Assembly: GCF_000981445.1 (NCBI RefSeq)
Contig: NC_027216.1
Coordinates: 2,356,001-2,420,000, forward strand
From: Babesia bigemina
Taxonomy: Eukaryota
Direction: 5' to 3'
DNA: 64,000 bases
Shown here piece after piece: positions 24,189-35,092 of this stretch. The notes under the pieces were generated by a model. The model worked only from the letters and a program-made list of their open reading frames with translations, made no database searches and was not told where the DNA came from. The position numbers were made by a program, and so were the translations under genes. How positions within the stretch are numbered: position 1 is the first letter of the stretch; every line of letters starts with the position of its first letter.

Positions 24189-24957
24189 TTAGTACGGGAC
24201 CACCTTCACGATCACCTCCTTGAAGCAAACCATCTTAGGACCCTTGTCTGGGTTGCCGTATGCAAACTCCAAATAGTAATTGCCTGCGTCAACCTCAGGG
24301 TTTATTATGATGCTTCCCTTCGACATTTCAGGACCATCAACTTCTGGAATCTTGAACTCGTGTTCGACGGCCTCGCCGCTTGGCGTTATACCAGAAGGAG
24401 CACCATCCGGGTAGCCTTTTAGCCGCTTAAGATCTTCAACAGTGTACTTAATGTTGCTGGGTACGAACGAAAGCGTTTCGATGCCGTGAGCAGACTGTCC
24501 GAACCTCAAGGTGCGCTCCATGAACTCTTTGGTCAAGATTCCATTGAAGTATTTTTGATGCTGTCCATCAGCCTTCTGGTGTTCTTTAGAGTTCATGATT
24601 CCAATGCTCATCCAGAAGTTACCAGTAAGCACCTTGCTAAGCGCGGTAACGGCGTATACCAAACGTTTCTCGAGTTTGCTCTTGCGCACTGTGATAACCA
24701 ACGGCCCATTGTCTCTCGTGTTGTCAAAAGTTCCTAGATGAATGTGGCGCTTGTCAAGTTCGCTGAGTAGATATTAATACATTGTCGTGACTGACTCACT
24801 TGATGTAAGCGCATTTGCCAGTATTCCGGCAATGTGCCTGCGTCTTCATGTTCGGTCGCGGATTCGCGGATGCTTGATCATCCCCGAAGGCCGAACGCGC
24901 GCCGATGAAGGCTGCGAAGAAAATCAGAGCAAACGATCTGCGTACAAACGACGACAT
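24189..24957 (-). CDS. Secreted tandem-family protein, copy 2 (2 exons)
   Basis: MSSFVRRSFALIFFAAFIG signal; in-frame intron GTGAGT...ACTCAG; same C-terminal motif. Confidence 0.85.
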
Positions 24958-26053
24958 TTTCGCAAGTAACGGAATGTGAAGTGGTGTCTGCGCGGCGCGT
25001 CTTAGCTATAGCCCTATAGATAAACCCGATGCGGCAACACCTGCATTTGCAGTGTTGCATGAATTGTTCGCAACAATACTCTGATGCAGGCGATGCATCC
25101 AGTTTGCCGAGAACCTGTCTTTGCGTGCTTGATTCGGGGTCGATGTTGTAGCGGGCTCACGGCAGACACGGCATCGGTCGGCGGAATGCGCATATTCCAC
25201 ACAAACGCACACGTGTGGAACATTTCCGATATTTGTCGCGCATCATGATCAAGTGGCTTCGTCAAGGCTAAGCCACGGCTTTGGGCTGAGCGTGGCAACA
25301 GCACCTGGCCACGTTATCACCGTCGGAACGTATTGCGCACCTGTAGGCAACCACCGCCGAAATTTCTCGTAGCATGTGCGTATCTGCTTAATCAACGGCG
25401 CATGTCTGTGCGGGATTCTCGCAGCCAATGTGACGGATTTCACGCGGAAGCCAGTGTTATCACCATCCACCGCCTTTTCACCGACTAGTACATAAGACAT
25501 AATCGCACGACGCTGTGCTCTGTAGTCGCCTCGCACTCGTCGCCCCTCGACTCTGCCGTGATAGACAACGCAACATCGTCGACTCCCTCCCTGATGACGA
25601 ATGAGACACAACCGGGCACAGGGATATGACGCACTCCTTCATTAACATGCTCCCTAACCAACTCGCATGGGTTGTTGGAGGGGTTATTCACCCTGAGATC
25701 GTCATAGACATGGGGCGTGCAGTAAAAGGGCTTTACGATGCATGGGAGGCATCAAACACACATGCCGAGCATCCGGGCGTATTAAGAACCTGAAGGCAGA
25801 CACCACTCAGAGCATATCTAAACCAGAAAATATTAAATCGATGTGACACTTTCGTCAGTAGACTTCATCGATATGGATCGTTTACGTTAATTAATGCAAA
25901 AAGGATGACATCGACGGGGCGGAGTGAAAGCTAGCCAACTGCTCGAGCGTGCAATGTCAAAACGCACTACAAATAGCTAGCCCTACCACACACCTATTCA
26001 AATCTAATTGCACTGCCGACGTGTTTGTACGCTTCATACCTAAAACCCGTAGT

Positions 26054-26813
26054 TTACGGCAGTACCTTCACGATCACTTCCTTGAAGCAAACCATCTTGG
26101 GGCCACCGAAGGGATTTCCATATGCGAAATCCAGGTAGTACTTGCCTTCCGCTACCTCTGGATTGATCATGATGCTACCTTTAGAGTATTCTGGGCCATC
26201 GGTCTCCGGCATGTTGAACATGGATTGGGTGTCTTCGCTCAACTCTATTTCGTACTGGGAACCCTCGGGATAACCTTTTAGCCGCTTAAGATCTTCAGGT
26301 GTCAATTTCACATTATACGAGATGAATGAAAGTGTCTCTATGCCGTGTGCGTATTGTCCGAACCTCATCGTATCGCACATAAATTTCTCAGTCAAAATCT
26401 TTCTGTAGTAATTTTGGTGATGCCCCTTAACCTCCTTGTGTTCTTCCTCGTTCAAGATTCCAATGCTCATCCACTCGTTACCAGTAGATTGCTCACTAAG
26501 TGCGGTTACGGCGTATACCCGACGTTCTTTAAGGTTGCTCTTGTGCACTGTGATCACCAGGGGCTTACGATCCAGACCGTCGAATGTTCCGAGATGAATA
26601 TGGCGCTTATCAAGCTCACTGTATTAATATATATGTGCACAACGAAAATACTGACTTGATAATAGCGCAGTCCGCACCTTTGGGACAGCGTGACGGTTTC
26701 GTTACGTCTGCGTGCGCATTGGCCGATGCATGCTCATCCCCGAAGACCAAATGCGCGCCGATGAAGGCTGCGAAGAAAATCAGAGCAAACGATCTGCGTA
26801 CAAACGACGACAT
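26054..26813 (-). CDS. Secreted tandem-family protein, copy 3 (2 exons)
   Basis: Same exon structure and motifs as copies 1-2. Confidence 0.85.
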
Positions 26814-27907
26814 TTTCGCAAGTAACGGAATGTGAAGTGGTGTCTGCGCGGCGCGTGTCGGCTATTGCCCTATAGATAAACCCGATGCGGCAACATCTGC
26901 GTTTGCAGTGTTGCATGAATTGTTCGCAACAATACTCTGATGCAGGCGATGCATCCAGTTTGCCGAGAACCTGTCTTTGCGTGCTTGATTCAGGGTCGAT
27001 GTTGTAGCGGGCTCACGGCAGACACGGCATCGGTCGGCGGAATGCGCATATTCCACACAAACGCACACGTGTGGAACATTTCCGATATTTGTCGCGCATC
27101 ATGATCAAGTGGCTTCGTCAAGGCTAAGCCACGGCTTTGGGCTGAGCGTGGCAACAGCACCTGGCCACGTTATCACCGTCGGAACGTATTGCGCACCTGT
27201 AGGCAACCACCGCCGAAATTTCTCGTAGCATGTGCGTATCTGCTTAATCAACGGCGCATGTCTGTGCGGGATTCTCGCAGCCAATGTGACGGATTTCACG
27301 CGGAAGCCAGTGTTATCACCATCCACCGCCTTTTCACCGACTAGTACATAAGACATAATCGCACGACGCTGTGCTCTGTAGTCGCCTCGCACTCGTCGCC
27401 CCTCGACTCTGCCGTGATAGACAACGCAACATCGTCGACTCCCTCCCTGATGACGAATGAGACACAACCGGGCACAGGGATATGACGCACTCCTTCATTA
27501 ACATGCTCCCTAACCAACTCGCATGGGTTGTTGGAGAGGCGATTCACCCTGAGATCGTGATAGACATGAGACGTGCAGTAAAAGGGCTTTACGATGCATG
27601 GGAGGCATCAAACACAAATGCCGAGCATCCGGACGTATTAAGAACCTGAAGGCAGACACCACTCAGAGCATATCTAAACCAGGAAATATTAAATCGATGT
27701 GACACTTTCGTCAGTAGACCTCATCGATATGGGTCGTTTACGTAAATTAATGTACGTGTTGAAATCGACGGCGCGGAGTGAAAGTTAGCCGGCTGCTCGA
27801 GCGTGCAATGTCAAAGCACACTGCTCACAACTAGCCATACGACACACCTATTCAAATCTAATTGCACAGCCGACGTGTTTGTACGCTTCATACCTAAAAC
27901 CCGTAGT

Positions 27908-28631
27908 TTACGGGACCACCTTCACGATCACCTCCTTGAAGCAAACCATCTTGGGGCCACGGAACGGCGATCCGTAAGCGAACACTATATGATATTTGCC
28001 CTCCGTGATTGTTGGTGTTATGGTTAGAATTGCCTTCGAATTTTCTGGCTGTCCTACAGATGTTTTGGACGTAGAAACACCCTTGTCGCCTTCTGACATG
28101 GCGGCATCAACAGGAGTTCTCTTGACATTCTGCTCTACGAAAGGATCCATCTGTATTCCATGGACGCACTGTCTGTACATCATGGAATGCTCCATGAACT
28201 CTTTGGTCAGGATATCGTCGAAGTATTTTTGATGCCGTCCTTTAACCTCCCTGTGTTCGTCATCGTTGAAAATTCCCACGCACATCCACTGGTAACCAGT
28301 GGATATCTGACTCAATGCAGCAACGGTGTATACAAGAGGTTCGTCCACCTTACTTTTGTGCACCGTAATTACAAACGGTTCACGATCTACATTGTCGTTA
28401 AACGTTCCAAGATCGATGTAGTGGTTTCCGCATTCTCTGTATAGCAATGAATGGGCATTAGGAGCGAACTAACGTGACAAAAGCAAATCCTGCATCCTTA
28501 GGGCAGTGTGCCGGCATCATCATTTTCGGTCCATGAGATGCTGCTGCTTTAGCATCCCAAAAAACCGAAAGAGCACCGATGTAGGCGCAATGTAAAATGA
28601 CGGCAAACAAACTAAAAGCAAACGACGACAT
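27908..28631 (-). CDS. Secreted tandem-family protein, copy 4, most divergent (2 exons)
   Basis: MSSFAFSLFAVILHCAYIG signal; intron GTTAGT...ATACAG in frame; YGSPFRGPKMVCFKEVIVKVVP. Confidence 0.85.
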
Positions 28632-29336
28632 TCAAGTAAAACACGGGTTGTGATGTATTTTCCGCGTGGCGCGTGTTCGTTACAGCAGTACACACTATAC
28701 CTTGCCACAGCTCACCCAGATACTATGCCGCATGAATTGTTCGCAACAATACTCTGATGCAGGCGATGCATCCAGTTTGCCGAGAACCTGTCTTTGCGTG
28801 CTTGATTCAGGGTCGATGTTGTAGCGGGCTCACGGCAGACACGGCATCGGTCGGCGGAATGCGCATATTCCACACAAACGCACACGTGTGGAACATTTCC
28901 GATATTTGTCGCGCATCATGATCAAGTGGCTTCGTCAAGGCTAAGCCACGGCTTTGGGCTGAGCGTGGCAACAGCACCTGGCCACGTTATCACCGTCGGA
29001 ACGTATTGCGCACCTGTAGGCAACCACCGCCGAAATTTCTCGTAGCATGTGCGTATCTGCTTAATCAACGGCGCATGTCTGTGCGGGATTCTCGCAGCCA
29101 ATGTGACGGATTTCGCGCGGATGCGAGTGTTATCACCATCCACCGCCTTTTCACCGACTAGTACATAAGACATAGTCGCACGACGCGTTGAGCCATTTTT
29201 GGTTTGTATGTTTAAGTAGTGCTTCTCAGATGTATGCCTCGGCCTGACCCTTGTCTTGATCACCATACAAGTCTTCCGCACTAACTCAGTTCACCATTGC
29301 GATTTACACATAGGCCCTATAGGAGTCCTGGCGATC

Positions 29337-30232
29337 ATGAAGCGCACTCTAGACGAAGGCAACTCCGCGGCCAATATTAACCAAATGTCGTACGTTGGCA
29401 TACGTCGCAACCATCATTACCCAGGCAATCCCAAAAACCAGAGACGCAGGCCGTGCTGCCATACATCCATGAGTTCGACGAAGGTAACAGCGAAACACAC
29501 GACTAGTAGTCAAATTATGCAGTGCAGAAGCAGCTACTCGACATAGACGAGGAGTGTGCGAATCGTCAGATTGAAATTCAACGCGAGTATGATCGGAAGA
29601 AGCAGCCTCATTTCAAAAGACGTCAGGCATGTGTTATCTATGACTTATTCAACGGTGTGCAGGAGATCATCAACAAAATCCCCGGATTCTGGGCGAGGGC
29701 CATCCTACACCACCCTGCTCTCAGCTACCTCACTACCGCCGATATGCCCGTACTCGAACTGCTTGAGAAGGTGGAATTGGATGACAACATCGATAACAAT
29801 GGCTCCTATAAGGTCACACTGACGTTCGGCGAGGGCGCACGCGAATATATGGAACCGCTGGTGCTGACTAAGCACGTTCGGTTTTCCGATAACAAGGAAG
29901 ATGTCGTGGAATGCACGGAAATTCATTGGAGACCAGGCATGGTAGGAAGCGCAGCACGTGCCGCCAATGTTTCGCAGAACCCCATCGATGTCGCAATTAA
30001 AGCGCGATCTGACGAACGCTGCATCGATTGGTCGCTGTTCGAATGGTGGGTTACAAGCTAATGTCTGTACAATCAATTAAGGTTCACCAAAGACGAATGG
30101 ATAAATAGGCCAGATTTTGGTGAGATTTTGCGCCGTGAGTTATGGCACGCCCCGCTCGCGTACTACTTGGACACCGTATCGGTAGACTTTGTCGACGACG
30201 AGTATGACATGCTCGAAGAAGACGACGACTGA
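29337..30232 (+). CDS. Nucleosome assembly protein (NAP/SET-like), intact, multi-exon
   Basis: VQKQLLDIDEEC...YDRKKQPHFKRRQ|EIINKIPGFW, CTEIHWRPG, SLFEW|FT, acidic tail EEDDD*. Confidence 0.9.
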
Positions 30233-30261
30233 CTTGCCACTGCAATTAACACGTATTGACT

Positions 30262-31138
30262 TCAGCCTTGGTCGGCATTTAGTAGAGCTGAGTGCAGTTT
30301 TCCATTTCTGTGCGCGGTGCTGCCTCCGAAGCACGCGGCGTAATCCAAAACGGCACTCCGAGCGGCGATGACCGGTGCATCTACGGTAGAAGCGGCACGC
30401 TGACCACCGGCCTGGTGGACACAATGCGCAATACGCTGCATGTGTTTGCCAATACGTCGCTGGAGCATTGATGCGTCGTCCAGCACTACCAAGTGACGGT
30501 CCGCGAGTGACAGCGCAAGCTCCAGTCTCTGGGCAGTGCTGTGGCGCAATTTAGTCGTACAACATGTGCGGTTCAACACAGATGCCCCTCTTATAGTTAC
30601 CGACGCGTCTTCTCGATGCCGCTTGATGCACATCGCCACATGCGCAGCATCTCCATCCGATACGCTGGCCGTGGCGGTGGCGCACAGCATGTTAAGCAAT
30701 GGTGTTATATCTAGCACGGTATGACGACTAGCGAGCAGATAGGAGATGCGCTGCAGGGCCATCTCGTCCAGTGATTCACACCTTAGCGACAGGCAATCCA
30801 CACACTGCCGAAGGTTCATGCTCGCACAACGGCCGCAGACATCGCCGGTAACACACAAATCCAGAACGCCTCCTAGCGCCACGTGGCTGCGCAGCACTGA
30901 TAACAGCTGGTCGTGGTTCAAGTTGCGGACGACCACTGGCAATACCCTGGCCAATGCAGGCACCAACAACGCCAGTACGACGCTGTGCTCTGTAGTCGCC
31001 TCGCACTCGTCGCCCCTCGACTCTGCCGTGATAGACAACGCAGCACCATCGACTCTCTCCCTGATGACGAATGAGACACAACCGGGCACAGGGATATGAC
31101 GCACTCCTTCATTAACATGCTCCCTAACCAACTCGCAT
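30262..31138 (-). pseudogene. 5'-truncated duplicate of the last ~290 codons of the 984-aa gene
   Basis: Near-identical to 35093-35969; fused upstream to array spacer; no ATG of the parent gene. Confidence 0.85.
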
Positions 31139-31521
31139 GGGTTGTTGGAGAGGCGATTCACCCTGATATCGTCATAGACATGGGACGTGCAGTAAAAGGG
31201 CTTTACGATGCATGGGAGGTATCAAACACACATGCCGAGCATCCGGGCGTATTAAGAACCTGAAGGCAGACACCACTCAGAGCATATCTAAACCAGGAAA
31301 TATTAAATCGATGTGACACTTTCGTCAGTAGACCTCATCGATATGGGTCGTTTACGTAAATTAATGTACGTGTTGAAATCGACGGCGCGGAGTGAAAGTT
31401 AGCCGGCTGCTCGAGCGTGCAATGTCAAAGCACACTGCTCACAACTAGCCATACGACACACCTATTCAAATCTAATTGCACAGCCGACGTGTTTGTACGC
31501 TTCATACCTAAAACCCGTAGT

Positions 31522-32301
31522 TTACGGCAGTACCTTCACGATCACTTCCTTGAAGCAAACCATCTTGGGGCCACCGAAGGGATTTCCATATGCGAAATCC
31601 AGGTAGTATTTGCCTTCCATGGCGTCTGGGTGGATAATGATGCTGCCTTTCGATACTTCTATCCTATTTTCAGAGGTGAACTCGGGCGGGATATTGACCT
31701 CTTTGCCGTCTTGAGTGGTGTCAACATGTGTTAATGCCTCGGACTGAACACGTGCCTCATCGCGGACTAAACGGCGCATGTCATCGTTTATACTTGTGAC
31801 ATCTCTGGGTGCGAAAGCAAGCGTTTCGATGCCATGTGCAGAAACTCCGACCCTTATGGTCCGCTTCATGAACATCTCTGTCAAAATATTTTTGTAGTAT
31901 TTTTGATGATGTCCTTTAACTTCCTTGTGTTCTTCCTCGTTCAAGATTCCAATGCTCATCCACTCGTTACCAGTACCTACATCGCTCAGCGCGGTAACTG
32001 CGTATACCCGACGTTCTTTGAGGTTGCTCTTGTGCACTGTGATCACCAGGGGCTTACGATCCAGACCGTCGTATGTTCCTAGATGAATATGGCGCCTATC
32101 GAACTCGCTGTAATAATATTATGTTTATTATAAATGGACTGACCCGATAAAAGAGCAGTCCGCACCTTTGGGGCAATGTGACGATGTCGTTATGTCTGGC
32201 TGCGGATTCTCGGACGCTTGATCATCCCCGAAGGCCGAACGCGCGCCGATGAAGGCTGCGAAGAAAATCAGAGCAAACGATCTGCGTACAAACGACGACA
32301 T
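31522..32301 (-). CDS. Secreted tandem-family protein, copy 5 (2 exons)
   Basis: Same signal peptide and C-terminal motif; longest variable loop. Confidence 0.85.
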
Positions 32302-33397
32302 TTTCGCAAGTAACGGAATGTGAAGTGGTGTCTGCGCGGCGCGTGTCGGCTATTGCCCTATGGATAAACCCGATGCGGCAACATCTGCGTTTGCAGTGTT
32401 GCATGAATTGTTCGCAACAATACTCTGATGCAGGCGATGCATCCAGTTTGCCGAGAACCTGTCTTTGCGTGCTTGATTCGGGGTCGATGTTGTAGCGGGC
32501 TCACGGCAGACACGGCATCGGTCGGCGGAATGCGCATATTCCACACAAACGCACACGTGTGGAACATTTCCGATATTTGTCGCGCATCATGATCAAGTGG
32601 CTTCGTCAAGGCTAAGCCACGGCTTTGGGCTGAGCGTGGCAACAGCACCTGGCCACGTTATCACCGTCGGAACGTATTGCGCACCTGTAGGCAACCACCG
32701 CCGAAATTTCTCGTAGCATGTGCGTATCTGCTTAATCAACGGCGCATGTCTGTGCGGGATTCTCGCAGCCAATGTGACGGATTTCACGCGGAAGCCAGTG
32801 TTATCACCATCCACCGCCTTTTCACCGACTAGTACATAAGACATAATCGCACGACGCTGTGCTCTGTAGTCGCCTCGCACTCGTCGCCCCTCGACTCTGC
32901 CGTGATAGACAACGCAACATCGTCGACTCCCTCCCTGATGACGAATGAGACACAACCGGGCACAGGGATATGACGCACTCCTTCATTAACATGCTCCCTA
33001 ACCAACTCGCATGGGTTGTTGGAGGGGTTATTCACCCTGAGATCGTGATAGACATGAGACGTGCAGTAAAAGGGCTTTACGATGCATGGGAGGCATCAAA
33101 CACAAATGCCGAGCATCCGGACGTATTAAGAACCTGAAGGCAGACACCACTCAGAGCATATCTAAACCAGGAAATATTAAATCGATGTGACATTTTTGCC
33201 GATCGACCTCATACATATGGATCGTTTACGTGAATTAATGCAAAAAAGATGACATCGACGGCGCGGAGTGAAAGTTAGCCGGCTGCTCGAGCGTGCAATG
33301 TCAAAGCACACTGCTCACAACTACCCATACGACACACCTATTCAAATCTAATTGCACAGCCGACGTGTTTGTACGCTTCATACCTAAAACCCGTAGT

Positions 33398-34127
33398 TTA
33401 CGGGACCACCTTCACGATCACCTCCTTGAAGCAAACCATCTTGGGGCCACCGAAGGGATTTCCATATGCGAAATCTACGTAGTATTTGCCTTCCATGGCG
33501 TCTGGGTAGATAATGATGGTTCCTTTAGAGTATTCCGGGCCTTCTGGAGGTGGGATCATGAACTCGGGATCGATGTCATCTTTATCACATCCTCGGAACA
33601 TTACGTCCTCCGGAGTCCTCCTGACATTACGCGATATAAATGCTTGTGCCCGTATCCCGTGCGCACGCTGCCCCGTCAACGTGATCCTCTTCATGAATTG
33701 CTTAGTCAAAATTTTTCTGTAGTAATTTTGATGATGCCCTTTAACCTCCTTGTGTTCTTCCTCGTTCAAAACACCAATGCTCATCCACTCGTTACCCGTG
33801 GCCCTTTCGCTGTCTGCAGTAATGGCGTAATATCTAGGCTCATTGAGGTTGCTCTTGTGCACCGTGATCACCAGCGGCTTACGATCCAGACCGTCGAATG
33901 TTCCGAGATGAAGGTGGCGCCTTTCATATTTACTGCACAGCAATATAAATACCATAGAAGCTGACTGACTTGACAAGGTCGCATTTTGAACCATCAGGGC
34001 AACGTGTCGCTGTCTTCATGCACGGGTGATCATTGTAGGATGGTTCATCATCCCCGAAGGCCGAACGCGCGCCGATGAAGGCTGCGAAGAAAATCAGAGC
34101 AAACGATCTGCGTACAAACGACGACAT
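33398..34127 (-). CDS. Secreted tandem-family protein, copy 6 (2 exons)
   Basis: Same structure; shares blocks with copy 1. Confidence 0.85.
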
Positions 34128-34833
34128 TTTCGCAAGTAACGGAATGTGAAGTGGTGTCTGCGCGGCGCGTGTCGGCTATTGCCCTATAGATAAACCCGAT
34201 GCGGCAACACCTGCATTTGCAGTGTTGCATGAATTGTTCGCAACAATACTCTGATGCAGGCGATGCATCCAGTTTGCCGAGAACCTGTCTTTGCGTGCTT
34301 GATTCAGGGTCGATGTTGTAGCGGGCTCACGGCAGACACGGCATCGGTCGGCGGAATGCGCATATTCCACACAAACGCACACGTGTGGAACATTTCCGAT
34401 ATTTGTCGCGCATCATGATCAAGTGGCTTCGTCAAGGCTAAGCCACGGCTTTGGGCTGAGCGTGGCAACAGCACCTGGCCACGTTATCACCGTCGGAACG
34501 TATTGCGCACCTGTAGGCAACCACCGCCGAAATTTCTCGTAGCATGTGCGTATCTGCTTAATCAACGGCGCATGTCTGTGCGGGATTCTCGCAGCCAATG
34601 TGACGGATTTCGCGCGGATGCGAGTGTTATCACCATCCACCGCCTTTTCACCGACTAGTACATAAGACATAGTCGCACGACGCGTTGAGCCATTTTTGGT
34701 TTGTATGTTTAAGTAGTGCTTCTCAGATGTATGCCTCGGCCTGACCCTTGTCTTGATCACCATACAAGTCTTCCGCACTAACTCAGTTCACCATTGCGAT
34801 TTACACATAGGCCCTATAGGAGTCCTGGCGATC

Positions 34834-35063
34834 ATGAAGCGCACTCTAGACGAAGGCAACTCCGCGGCCAATATTAACCAAATGTCGTACGTTGGCATAC
34901 GTCGCAACCATCATTACCCAGGCAATCCCAAAAACCAGAGACGCAGGCCGTGCTGCCATACATCCATGAGTTCGACGAAGGTAACAGCGAAACACACGAC
35001 TAGTAGTCAAATTATGCAGTGCAGAAGCAGCTACTCGACATGCTCGAAGAAGACGACGACTGA
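34834..35063 (+). pseudogene. NAP copy with 666-bp internal deletion (in-frame mini-ORF)
   Basis: Matches 29337-29544 joined to 30211-30232 at a GACAT microhomology (35037-35041). Confidence 0.88.
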
Positions 35064-35092
35064 CTTGCCACTGCAATTAACACGTATTGACT

